Positions 48,233-57,103 of a stretch of DNA of 64,000 bases are shown here, one piece after another; within the stretch, counting starts at the first letter, position 1, and the number at the start of each line of letters is the position of its first letter. This DNA is from a virus. Position numbers and translations under genes: made by a program. The notes beneath the pieces are model-generated. The model worked only from the letters and a program-made list of their open reading frames with translations. It was not told where the DNA came from and did no database searches. The stretch is taken from positions 13,645 through 77,644 of the IMG/VR virus record IMGVR_UViG_3300045996_001242; one strand, 5' to 3'.

Positions 48233-49302
48233 GCTGCCACTGCGGTCGGAGTCGTGGTCGGCAGATCGTCGTGCAGATACCTCGAGATATCGACCAGGGA
48301 GCGCCGCCAGGCCGGGTGCAGCTTCAGGTCGGGCTTCTGAATCATCAGCCCGCGGAAGAAGATCACCCGCATCTCGGCGGTGAACTTGGCGATGTAGGTG
48401 GAGACCGCGTCGAAGCTGTCCCCATCGACGTGTTCGATCAGATGGGTGACCGTCGCCCAGCGGGTCGCGGCATCTTGCGGCACGTCGATCCCGTTCGGGT
48501 CCCTGACGATCTCCTGGAATCTCGGCAGAGTGGCATAGACCTTGGTGAAGGTGATGAACTCGACGGCAACGCCCGAGGTGATGGCGCCGGCATAGAGAGC
48601 TGCATCAGCTTCGACGACCTCCTGATCCTTGATCAGCTTGTTCATGAACTCCCAGGTCCGCGGCGAGCAGAAAGTCTTCTCGTTGTGGTCGGGCCGGAAG
48701 TCGTGTAAGGCGCCCTTTTTGTAGTTGAGGTAGGCGATGATGCGGCTGTCCCAGCGCTGGGGAAGGGCCACGTCCTCCATGAACTCCTGATGGTCGAGGA
48801 TCATCTCGAGGGTGATGAGGCGGCTCTGCATGGCCGTCGAGAGCGGATTGACGATCGCCCGGTCGGTGGTGAGGTTGCCGGCGGCGACGATCACCACGTT
48901 GGGGTGGAGCTTGGCCAAGCCGACCATCTTATCGAGGACGAGCTTATAGGCCGCGGCCTGCACCATCTTGCTGGCCGAGTTGAACTCGTCGAGGAAGATC
49001 ATCCAGCCCTGGTAACCGTCCGGGATCTTCGTGCCTTCAGTCGGGAAGGTATCGAACGGCGCGAAGGTGGCGGTGCCGTCCTCCTTGAACCTGGGGAGAC
49101 CGGTGAGATCCTCCGGCGCCGAGGTCGAAAGTCGATGATCGATCAGCTTGAGGCCGTACTCGTCGGCGATCGACTTGACGACGGCGCTCTTGCCGATGGC
49201 CGGCGAGCCCTGGAGGAAAGGAACCAGGCCCGCCAGCATGCAGCGGACGATGAACCTGCGTGCCTGGCGAGGTGTGACTTTGTAGGCGGAAATGCCCGAC
49301 AT
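48229..49302 (-). CDS. MoxR-like AAA+ ATPase (N4 gp24-like)
   Basis: GSPAIGKS, IFLDEFNSA, AAGN, SPRTWE. Confidence 0.88.
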   Translation of the reverse strand: MSGISAYKVTPRQARRFIVRCMLAGLVPFLQGSPAIGKSAVVKSIADEYGLKLIDHRLSTSAPEDLTGLPRFKEDGTATFAPFDTFPTEGTKIPDGYQGWMIFLDEFNSASKMVQAAAYKLVLDKMVGLAKLHPNVVIVAAGNLTTDRAIVNPLSTAMQSRLITLEMILDHQEFMEDVALPQRWDSRIIAYLNYKKGALHDFRPDHNEKTFCSPRTWEFMNKLIKDQEVVEADAALYAGAITSGVAVEFITFTKVYATLPRFQEIVRDPNGIDVPQDAATRWATVTHLIEHVDGDSFDAVSTYIAKFTAEMRVIFFRGLMIQKPDLKLHPAWRRSLVDISRYLHDDLPTTTPTAVAA

Positions 49303-49333
49303 GGGTTTTCTCTCTTGGTTCGAACGAAGGAGG

Positions 49334-51025
49334 TCAGTGCTCGTCGGACGGCAGCGGGTAGAGCCGCTTCAGCGTCTCGACGGTGAAGGGATCCGGCACG
49401 ATGAGATCGAGCTCTTCGCCGAGCTCGAGGACGTACCGGGCGTAGTCCTCGCCGGCATCGAAGGCAGCACGAGCCGCCTCGGGGTCGTCATCGATCAGCT
49501 CCGGGTAACCCCAGAGTCGGCCGGCAGCCCGCTTGGCATTGGCCTTCCACTTATCGAAGGGGGTCATCAGGCGGCCTTTACGATGATGGTGACGGTGGGG
49601 GTGAACGGGCCCTTGCGAGCCGCCACCAGCTTCCTGGCGAGGATGCTGACCCTCTGCATGCGCCTGACCTCGCTAGGGCTCAGTCCGCTGCCTTGGGTCC
49701 GATATTTGAGGTAGGCGAGCTCCTCGGCGCCGATCCAGCTGATCAGGTGGTCGAGCTCGTGGTCGTCGAGTTCAAGGGTGGCCATCAGGCAGCCTCCTCG
49801 ATGCGAACCAGCTTCCCGTTTTCGAAGCGGTAGTTGACGGGGTCCTCGCTCTCGACGACGCGATAGTCGTGGACGAGTGTCCAGCGAAAGGCGAGGTCGA
49901 TGACCTGAGCCAGGGCCTCTTCCTTGGTGGCGAAGCGCAGGGCGTTGCCGTACCATTTGCCGGTGCTGTCGGTTTTGACTTCGGGCTTCCAGCTCATGGG
50001 ATCAGCTCCACCATTTCGTCGTTGGGTTCGTCGTTGCCAGCCTCGTGGATGCAGTGGTCCTGCAGCTGTTCGATGAGGCCGCAAAAATAGCGATCGTACT
50101 TCTCAGCACGGTCGCGAAGGTGCGTGGGGATGGGCTTCCCCTTGGATCCATCGCGCTTGCGCCAATAGATCTCGACGATCTCGGCGAAGCCCTCGCCGTC
50201 CCAGGGGCTATGGCCCCAGTAGACGTCGGCGATGACGGGCAGCCCGCCGAGGATCGTGCCCTCGCCGGTGTAGTGGGAGCCCGGCATCAGGCGATCTTCC
50301 CAGTCAGCCGGGACAGCATGATCTCGAGTGCCGCCTCGAATGTCGGGCGGGCATCGATGGCGCCGGTGCGGGGCCAGACGATGAAGGTCGCGTTGTCGCT
50401 GGCAGCAGTGATGCTGCCGTGATGCGACCAGTGGCTGCGTTCGCCCTTCGGGTAGACCTCCCAGTTGTGGCGGCCGTCCTTGTGGGGGCGATAACGGAAG
50501 GACCAGTTGCCGACTCTGAAGTCGCTGCACTTCATATGTTGATCCTCTCGCAGAGAGCGTCGATCGCCTCAGCCTCGAGCATGACGTTGTCATCGCCGCT
50601 GGCGATCTTCTCGAGTGCGGCGCCTTGTTCGCTCTCGAAGATCAAGACCTCGCCGTAGAGGTAGCCCTGCCAAAGACGGAGGGCGGCTAGGACGGTGTCG
50701 CGCTCCTCGTAAGTGAGCCAGAAAGGCATCCCCTTCTCGGACATCAGCCCATCTCCTCGCTGTGGTCTTCCTCACCCTCTTCGACGTTATCGTCGTCGAG
50801 CGGCGTGAGCTGGTCCCAGGTCCACTCGTTGCCGTCCTCGTCGAGGTAGAGCATCTGACCTTTGTCGTTGGTGACGGTCTTCTGCTCGTCCCACCAGATC
50901 TCGGTCTCGCCCTGGTAGTTGGGCTCGCCGGTCTCGTCGAACTCGTAGGCGAGTGCGCAGCCGGAGAGCGTTTCGAGGGTCCCCTTGATCTCGGACCCAT
51001 TGGGGGATTGCATGCGCGGCATCAT
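49334..51025 (-). CDS. Run of seven small overlapping hypothetical genes (49334-49567, 49567-49785, 49785-49997, 49994-50287, 50287-50535, 50532-50744, 50744-51025)
   Basis: Consecutive TGATG/ATGA overlaps and GGAG RBSs. Confidence 0.55.
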
Positions 51026-51264
51026 TCGCTCTCCTGGTTCGTGCGCTTGGGGCGGATGGCGAGCTCGAGGCCGAGCACATCGAGCGCAGCCTCCATGTTG
51101 AGGACGCTCGCGGAGGCCTTGCCCATGCGCCAGTTGTAGAAGGTGTTGACGTGGTGGCCGCTCAGCTTGGCCACCTGACGCGGGGTCAGCGGCGAGGCGT
51201 TAAGGGCGTCAAAAAAAGCGCGAGTGACGGCGGATGCCGTCCTCGGGTCGAGGGTGTCGGGCAT
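51022..51264 (-). CDS. XRE/Cro-like HTH protein (paralog of 43253-43492)
   Basis: QVAKLSGHHVNTFYNWRMGKASASVLNMEAALDVLGLEL. Confidence 0.75.
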   Translation of the reverse strand: MPDTLDPRTASAVTRAFFDALNASPLTPRQVAKLSGHHVNTFYNWRMGKASASVLNMEAALDVLGLELAIRPKRTNQESE

Positions 51265-51316
51265 TGTGGTAGCTCAGTCTGTGGTTGGGCTAGTTCGGGT
51301 TACGTTCTGGGGGGTC

Positions 51317-51524
51317 TTCCCCACACGTTCCCCACATGAAATAGCGTGAACGAATCGCGATTATGAACGACTATCGTTCACAAAAAACCCTGAGTATCCG
51401 GGCGTTTCAAGGGAACCCCCACCGCTCATAACGGTCTGGTTGCAGGTTCGAGTCCTGCCGGGCCCACCAATCTTTTCAATCACTTAGTACCCCCATTGGT
51501 TTTCTTCCCACAAGTTTCCCCACA
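51317..51524 (+). repeat. Integrase arm-type direct repeats flanking the att core
   Basis: TTCCCCACA at 51317 and 51328; TTCCCACA at 51505 and TTCCCCACA at 51516; 11-bp spacing within each pair. Confidence 0.7.
51421..51469 (+). mobile_element. attP core: 3' half of a tRNA with CAT anticodon (probably tRNA-Ile2)
   Basis: ACCG-CTCATAA-CGGT anticodon arm, GCAGG-TTCGAGT-CCTGC T arm, CGGGCCC-A-CCA end; no 5' half upstream; adjacent to the integrase 3' end. Confidence 0.88.
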
Positions 51525-51526
51525 GT

Positions 51527-52675
51527 TTAGGCCGCTTTTTTAGGCCTAAAACCACGGGCAGCATTTTTCTGGAAATCTGGATGATGGTGGCCGTAAACGT
51601 CCTCCAGCACCTTCTGACTCATGCCGAGAAAACCGGCTGCCTCGTACATCGGGACGCCGTTGAGCATGAGCCAGGTTGCAGCCGTATGGCGCAGGGTGTG
51701 CGGCGTCGCATGCTCGAGGCCGGCCCCTTCGATGGCTGATGCGAAAGCGGTCTTCACGGAGGCGACAGGTTCACCGTTCCACTCGATGAAGAATTCGGGG
51801 ACCCGACCATCGGCATCGGGGCGAGCCCAGCGACGAAGAAACCCAAGCAAATGAGACGGCAGTCTCACCGGCGGCTGGCGCTTGTTGGTCTCCTTCTTGC
51901 CGACCTTGCGGCGATGAAAGACGCCATGCTCGAGATCGACCCAGGCGCGGTCCTTCTCGCGCTTCGGAGACGCAGCTGCGATAGCGGCGGCACGAGTGCC
52001 GGTATAGAGCCCGAGCAGGATGAAGCGAGCCAGGTGGCGAAGCGGCCGACGCTTGGTCGGGAACACCTCGCCGCGATGCGGTCCGCGGGTGATGGTCATC
52101 ATCTCGCGCTTCCGCCAGCAGTACCAGAGGAGCTGCGCTGCCTCGTCGCGAGTGAACCAGCGATCGCGAGCTTCGCCCTTGTCGGGTAGGTGGACGAAGA
52201 CGACGCCTTTGTGGAGGCCCTTCTTGGCGTGATGGATGATGGCGGCACGCAGGACCTCGAGATCCCGCCTGGCACCGCCAGGCGAGCCCCGGGACTTGGT
52301 GTACGCATAACAACTATCACCGTCGACCTCGGAGAGGGTCTTGCTCCCCCACCATTCGTTGATCCGTTTGAGTGAGCCCTGGTAGACACGCTGGTTCGCG
52401 TGCTTGGCACCCTTGTCTTCGTCGTAGATGAGCAACACATCGGCAATCGGAAGCTTCTCTATGTCCTGCTCGCGACGAGGAGCTCGGTATTGCGTCGTGA
52501 GGTACTCGGCGAGCTTGAGCTGCGCTGCGCCAATCTCAACCTCAGCGCATCCTGTGGGGTGGCGCTTGTCGCCGTCGATGATGATCCAGGTGCCGCTCTC
52601 TTTGAGCTTGCCGGTGGCTGGGTCTCGACGTTCCTTCCGGAACCAGAGATGCGGTCCTTTGCTTTTGCGCGGCAT
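51527..52675 (-). CDS. int: Tyrosine recombinase/integrase
   Basis: LYTGTR (R), KKETNKR (K), HTLRHTAATWL (H-x-x-R), FLGMS...VYGHH (Y). Confidence 0.93.
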   Translation of the reverse strand: MPRKSKGPHLWFRKERRDPATGKLKESGTWIIIDGDKRHPTGCAEVEIGAAQLKLAEYLTTQYRAPRREQDIEKLPIADVLLIYDEDKGAKHANQRVYQGSLKRINEWWGSKTLSEVDGDSCYAYTKSRGSPGGARRDLEVLRAAIIHHAKKGLHKGVVFVHLPDKGEARDRWFTRDEAAQLLWYCWRKREMMTITRGPHRGEVFPTKRRPLRHLARFILLGLYTGTRAAAIAAASPKREKDRAWVDLEHGVFHRRKVGKKETNKRQPPVRLPSHLLGFLRRWARPDADGRVPEFFIEWNGEPVASVKTAFASAIEGAGLEHATPHTLRHTAATWLMLNGVPMYEAAGFLGMSQKVLEDVYGHHHPDFQKNAARGFRPKKAA

Positions 52676-52869
52676 AGATCCCTCATTGCCTGGATCGCGC
52701 GGAGCGTGGTGAAGTGCTTGCCCGCGGTCAGTTCGACAGCAAGGTTGCCCCTGCTGATCTCGCGACGCAAGCCGCTCACTGTCATGCCGCCTAGAGGGTA
52801 CGCTAGTCTGAGGGCGTCCTCGAGCCGCAGCGGGTCATCGAGGCCGATACTGGGAGAACACGTGTTCAC
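52459..52869 (-). CDS. Excisionase-like HTH protein overlapping the integrase 5' end
   Basis: PLRLEDALRLAYPLGGMTVSGLRREISRGNL...GKHFTTLRAIQAMRDLC; GTG start overlaps the upstream TGA. Confidence 0.7.
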   Translation of the reverse strand: MNTCSPSIGLDDPLRLEDALRLAYPLGGMTVSGLRREISRGNLAVELTAGKHFTTLRAIQAMRDLCRAKAKDRISGSGRNVETQPPASSKRAAPGSSSTATSATPQDALRLRLAQRSSSSPSTSRRNTELLVASRT

Positions 52870-53075
52870 GCTGCCTCGAATGATGAGAGAGTGGCTTCGA
52901 GGAGATCGAGGGCGGCTTCTTCGAGGATGAGGATCTCGGCGTGGCAGACGAGGGCCTGCCAGAAGCGTTTTCCGGAGATTCTTTGGTTCGGCCGCAGGCC
53001 ACAACGTTCCATCACCTCTGGCGGGAATTCGAACTCGACTCCCTTACGGAAAACAGTTTGCAGCGTCATGGTCAT
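52866..53075 (-). CDS. Hypothetical protein in lysogeny module
   Basis: 69 aa; GGAG-type RBS absent but coupled to the xis-like gene. Confidence 0.45.
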   Translation of the reverse strand: MTMTLQTVFRKGVEFEFPPEVMERCGLRPNQRISGKRFWQALVCHAEILILEEAALDLLEATLSSFEAA

Positions 53076-53208
53076 GAGAGGCTCATTATTGAAGGGAGGG
53101 TCACAATATCGTTTGGTAGAGGTGACTATGGGAAGCCGTATATCCGGCTCCCTAGGGGGCGCAAATTACCACTTATCCATTTTGGATAGATTTAATGGAA
53201 CTTTTTCG

Positions 53209-53664
53209 TTATCCGTTTAAGTGGTTCAACTTATTGAGCTCGCGGGTGGCCTTGCGCAGGGCCCGGTCGATCTCCGAATAGGCCTGGGAGATGGTGGGGT
53301 CCTCTTCGCCGCCATGGTTCGGCCGCAGCACGACACGCTTGCCTTTGGCCTCGGCCAGGATGAACTCGCGCTTCCTAAGCCGCTGCAGGTAACGATGACT
53401 TGATGCGAACGGGAGCGCGGCCGTTTCGGCGACGCTGCTGATGTCCATCGGCTTGCCTTCAAGCTGCCCGAGTCGGACGGCCATCGCCGCAATCACCTCC
53501 TCATAGGAGAGATCGGCCTCTTTTGCGGCCTTGCTGATGGCACGGCGAATTTCCATGAAGGTGCGGATCGCTATGAGGCGGCGCTGGGGATCCCGTGAGC
53601 CGGGCATGGTGTTGGTCCTTGCAAGAGTGGCTGATGCTGATTGCAACTCGTGAGTTGCGTTCAT
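53209..53664 (-). CDS. Winged-helix (MarR/IclR-like) regulator, repressor candidate
   Basis: GKPMDISSVAETAALPFASSHRYLQRLRKREFI wHTH. Confidence 0.65.
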   Translation of the reverse strand: MNATHELQSASATLARTNTMPGSRDPQRRLIAIRTFMEIRRAISKAAKEADLSYEEVIAAMAVRLGQLEGKPMDISSVAETAALPFASSHRYLQRLRKREFILAEAKGKRVVLRPNHGGEEDPTISQAYSEIDRALRKATRELNKLNHLNG

Positions 53665-53831
53665 GGTTCGTATTTCTCGTTAAATTCATCAAACTCTGGA
53701 TGCAATTCCCTTGCCCGTAAGGCTTTTTGCTTACGGACCAAGGTCCGATGGGCAACAGCCACGGCTGCGAACAAGAGCGCGCCGAGCACAATCGCCGCAA
53801 TTACGGCGAGGGCGGGAGTAACGATGGGCAT
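53661..53831 (-). CDS. 56-aa single-pass membrane protein
   Basis: Translated by hand (MPIVTPALAVIAAIVLGALLFAAVAVAHRTLVRK...); GAGGAGG RBS; ATGA overlap with the wHTH gene. Confidence 0.6.
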   Translation of the reverse strand: MPIVTPALAVIAAIVLGALLFAAVAVAHRTLVRKQKALRARELHPEFDEFNEKYEP

Positions 53832-53942
53832 TCGATGGCCTCCTCTGGGCAGGATTTAGATGTGATTTTCGATTCATCTGGAAGTCCCGGTATTGGAAAA
53901 TTATCCACAATATCCTGTGGTGCCGGGAACAAACCACAGGCC

Positions 53943-53988
53943 AAAAAAGTTAGGGCCTATCCCTCGATTATGAGGAATAGGCCCTGAC
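53943..53988 (-). terminator. Terminator after the decoration-protein gene
   Basis: AGGGCCTATTCCTC/GAGGGATAGGCCCT stem followed by ACTTTTTT on the minus strand. Confidence 0.65.
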
Positions 53989-54010
53989 TATATTCGTGAT
54001 AATTCGCTGA

Positions 54011-54523
54011 TTAGGCGGCGGTGACCGTAATAGCGCAGTCGACGGTGGCGCCGGTGTGCTTGTGAGTCGCCGTGACGACCGTTTCGCCTTCGGCCACAGC
54101 GGTCACGACGCCGGTGGACGCAACCGTGGCGATGAGCTCGTCGGCCGATTCGTAGGTCCAGTCGGCATTGGTCGCCGCCATCTCGTCAGCATAGACGATG
54201 TCGACGGTGTCGGTCGCGGCTTCCACGATGGAGAGGGCCGCGGCAGTGGCCTGGCCGCCGGCCAGAGCGCCGCTGGGGACGATCGAGATGTTCTGCATGT
54301 TCTGCAGGCCGAGCTGGCGGTAGAGGGCGTCCTGGACGTCGTGGTAGAGGACGTGGTTGTCCGGATTGTCGTGGACGCCGTCGCCGGTTGCGGCCGAGCC
54401 ATCGGCACCCTCGTGGGTGACGTCGGTGAGGGTCGTGCCGGCGGTGACCGGGAGTGCGTCGCTAAGGCAGGTGACCCAGACGATGGTCTGGGCGGTGTTG
54501 ATCCGGAGGTTGAGATTGCTCAT
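54011..54523 (-). CDS. Capsid decoration protein with Ig-like (Big_2) domain (N4 gp17-like)
   Basis: NHVLYHDVQDALY; C-terminal WTYESADELIATVASTGVVTAVAEGETVVTAT Ig-like; follows RNAP2. Confidence 0.75.
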   Translation of the reverse strand: MSNLNLRINTAQTIVWVTCLSDALPVTAGTTLTDVTHEGADGSAATGDGVHDNPDNHVLYHDVQDALYRQLGLQNMQNISIVPSGALAGGQATAAALSIVEAATDTVDIVYADEMAATNADWTYESADELIATVASTGVVTAVAEGETVVTATHKHTGATVDCAITVTAA

Positions 54524-54620
54524 GCTGTCGTTTTCCTGAAAAAAGGAGGGGCCCGCTCCCCAAAATCAGGAAGCGAGCCCACCATACATTATCTCCGATA
54601 ATCAGGAAATCCCCAGCCGG

Positions 54621-54986
54621 TTACCCGTGGAGGAGTCGGACTACCGTGTAGGTGGTACGGACGTCCAAGGCGGCCTCCATCTTACCGTAGGCTCGAGCCA
54701 GGTCCTCAATGAGGGTGGTCTCGATCCGCGGATCGTTCATGCGGACGGCGAAGTTCTCGGTCACTAGCTCGCGACGAGCGAGAAGCCGCCACAGCGGACC
54801 GCTCACCGTCTCGACGACCCTGGCGGTCATCGAGAAGTCACTGTCCTCTTCACCAAGGGTGAGCTCGTCGCCAGGGCGCAGATAGGCCCATTTCGTGCCG
54901 AGTCGGTAGGTGTTGAAGATGATGCCCGGCGTCGTGAGGGCTAGGACGTTCTTGGGAAAGAGCATTGGGATGTTCGGATGGTTCAT
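54621..54986 (-). CDS. Hypothetical protein (possible ASCH/PUA-like)
   Basis: FNTYRLG...LRPGDELTL pattern; GAGG RBS. Confidence 0.45.
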   Translation of the reverse strand: MNHPNIPMLFPKNVLALTTPGIIFNTYRLGTKWAYLRPGDELTLGEEDSDFSMTARVVETVSGPLWRLLARRELVTENFAVRMNDPRIETTLIEDLARAYGKMEAALDVRTTYTVVRLLHG

Positions 54987-55000
54987 GCGGTTCCTCGTTG

Positions 55001-56203
55001 TTAGGAGAGAGCGTAGTTGGCCTGGCGAATGTCGTTTGCCAGGGAAGGATCGAGCTTGTTCGCCGTCACCGGCCGGCGGCAGATCTGGCTGACCAGGTAG
55101 CCGAGCAGGCTCGATTCTGCGATCTCCGCCAGCAGGTTGTTGTACTGCCGGCGAAGGTCATTGCCATAGTTGGGGAGAACCCGGAAGCAGTCGTGGATCG
55201 TGATGACCTCGAACGGCTTCTTGGGGAGGCTGTTGATCAGCTCCTGGATCACGCGCCATTCGACGAGGCCCAGGTTGAGGTTGTCGAGGTAGTTGAGGAT
55301 CCGGGCCGAGAGGAAGCCCGAATTCTGGTAGTGGCCCCAGAGGGTCAGCACCATTTCGTCCTGGGGACGCTTGACCAGCCTCCCGAACTGCTTGTTCAGG
55401 GCCCAGGTGGAGAGCTGGGCGATGTGCTTGGGGTCGTAGTTGCAGCGCCACTGCATCTCGCGAACCACCATGCCGTCGATCGAGTGGACCATGTTGGCGC
55501 CGAGCGACCTGCCGCCCTTGATGGGCTTGTTGACGTGGTAGGTCACCTCGAAGGGCTCGTTGAGGAAGTGGACGGTCTCGGAGGCCTCGCCCATGACCTT
55601 GATCCGGACATGGAAGTTGTCCGGCAGGACCCAGGAGTTCTCGAGCGCCTTCTCGTCCCAGATGGCGAGCATGGTCTTGTTGATCTCCCAGGCACCGGGA
55701 GCGTTCTGCTCGACGGTGTCGTAGAAGACCTGCAGGAGATCGCCCTCGCCGAAGACGCGCTTGGGCACTGCGGTCGAGCTGTAGAAGGCTGTCATGATCG
55801 CCTGTTTGGTGAGCTTGCGATCGATCTTGGCGGTGCCTCCGAGCTGGTTCACCATGTCCTGGTAGATCGAGACGTAGGCGTCTTCCCGCTTGCCGGTGTC
55901 GACGACGTTGCAGATCTCGGCCGCCTTACGATCGCAGGCGAGGGCGGCGAGGATCTGGATGCCCGAGCAGGTGGCATCGAGGGAGATGGGGTAGCCCGAT
56001 GGCTTGTCGGCCTTGGCCTTCTCCCAGGCAAGAACGCCGGCGTAGAAGAGAGCTGGCTCCTCGGCCTGCGACACGAGATCGTGCAGCTGATGTTCGTTGG
56101 CGTCGAACCAGGCGATGCGAGCGTCCCAGTTGGCCTTGTCGAAGCCGAAGGAGCTCGCGATGTCGATCTTGAGATACTCTTTGCCCGTGAAAGTCTGAAA
56201 CAT
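55001..56203 (-). CDS. RNA polymerase II subunit 2 (N4 gp16-like)
   Basis: YLKIDIAS, LDATCSGIQIL, KQAIMTAFY, ANMVHSIDG, IHDCF. Confidence 0.93.
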   Translation of the reverse strand: MFQTFTGKEYLKIDIASSFGFDKANWDARIAWFDANEHQLHDLVSQAEEPALFYAGVLAWEKAKADKPSGYPISLDATCSGIQILAALACDRKAAEICNVVDTGKREDAYVSIYQDMVNQLGGTAKIDRKLTKQAIMTAFYSSTAVPKRVFGEGDLLQVFYDTVEQNAPGAWEINKTMLAIWDEKALENSWVLPDNFHVRIKVMGEASETVHFLNEPFEVTYHVNKPIKGGRSLGANMVHSIDGMVVREMQWRCNYDPKHIAQLSTWALNKQFGRLVKRPQDEMVLTLWGHYQNSGFLSARILNYLDNLNLGLVEWRVIQELINSLPKKPFEVITIHDCFRVLPNYGNDLRRQYNNLLAEIAESSLLGYLVSQICRRPVTANKLDPSLANDIRQANYALS

Positions 56204-56232
56204 GTGGTAGCTCCAGTTGGGTGAGTGATGGG

Positions 56233-56496
56233 TCAGTAGACGTAGAAGAGGGCGCGGCAGAGATCCGCATCCCCTTTGTCCTGGAAGAAGACGTAGCCCA
56301 GCGTGAAGCTGATGAAGTACGTCTTCTGCCCGTTGTGATTAGGCTCGAAGTTCTCCTGCAGCATGAGCCTCAGTTTCTCGCTGTTGTAGCTCGGCGGGAT
56401 CTCGGTGAATGGGTAGTGCTTGAGTAGGCACTGCAGCTCGATGCTCCCATTCGCGTTTCGACCATCCCGCCAGATGTCGATATCGATGTCGACCAT
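56233..56496 (-). CDS. Hypothetical protein
   Basis: GAGG RBS; between the RNAP subunits. Confidence 0.5.
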   Translation of the reverse strand: MVDIDIDIWRDGRNANGSIELQCLLKHYPFTEIPPSYNSEKLRLMLQENFEPNHNGQKTYFISFTLGYVFFQDKGDADLCRALFYVY

Positions 56497-56631
56497 GTGC
56501 CTCTTCTCTGGATCGAGGGTTGGGTCTATGCTGCCAGCTGGCTTTACGGATCGGTGCCCTGCCACGTCATGACGCCGTGGGCCACAACAGGGTATGCCCC
56601 GAACCGAGGGCCTGTTGCCGGAGGCGTAGTC

Positions 56632-56865
56632 CTAGCCCGAGTGCGCTTCCGGCTCACCTGCGACTACGTTCTCCTCGATGGCGTGTATGTAGAGCTGGCC
56701 CAGGTAATCCTGGAGCTGCTCGATGCGGCGCTGGGTAGCGAGCCCGAGGTCGACGACAACCTGCGGGACGCTGCCAGGAAGATCCTGGGTCACAACCAGG
56801 TGGTCCTTCTCGTCGATGCCGAAGCTAGCGTTGTTGCCGAGCGTGATGTAGATCACTGCGGCCAT
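56632..56865 (-). CDS. Hypothetical protein
   Basis: AAGGAG RBS. Confidence 0.55.
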   Translation of the reverse strand: MAAVIYITLGNNASFGIDEKDHLVVTQDLPGSVPQVVVDLGLATQRRIEQLQDYLGQLYIHAIEENVVAGEPEAHSG

Positions 56866-57103
56866 GGGAATTCTCCTTCAGATGGAAGAAGCCCCTCTTT
56901 CGAGGGGCTCCAAGGTGTGGGTTTGGGTCTACGTGCAGCCGCCGGGTTCTAGGGAATTGCAGAGGGCGGTAGCTGGGTCCGTCTTCGACGGGTGAGAGCG
57001 AGTGAGCCGAAGCCGAACCAGGTCTGCATGATTATCTCCATCGTTGAGACGAGATTATGCTAGGCGATTATCTCAGCCTTTGCCAGAGGATTTTCTCCCC
57101 TGA

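Noticed and set aside
51421-51469. Functional phage tRNA-Met/Ile gene
   Set aside because: Only the anticodon arm through CCA is present. The upstream sequence cannot form a D arm or 5' acceptor strand, so it is an att core.
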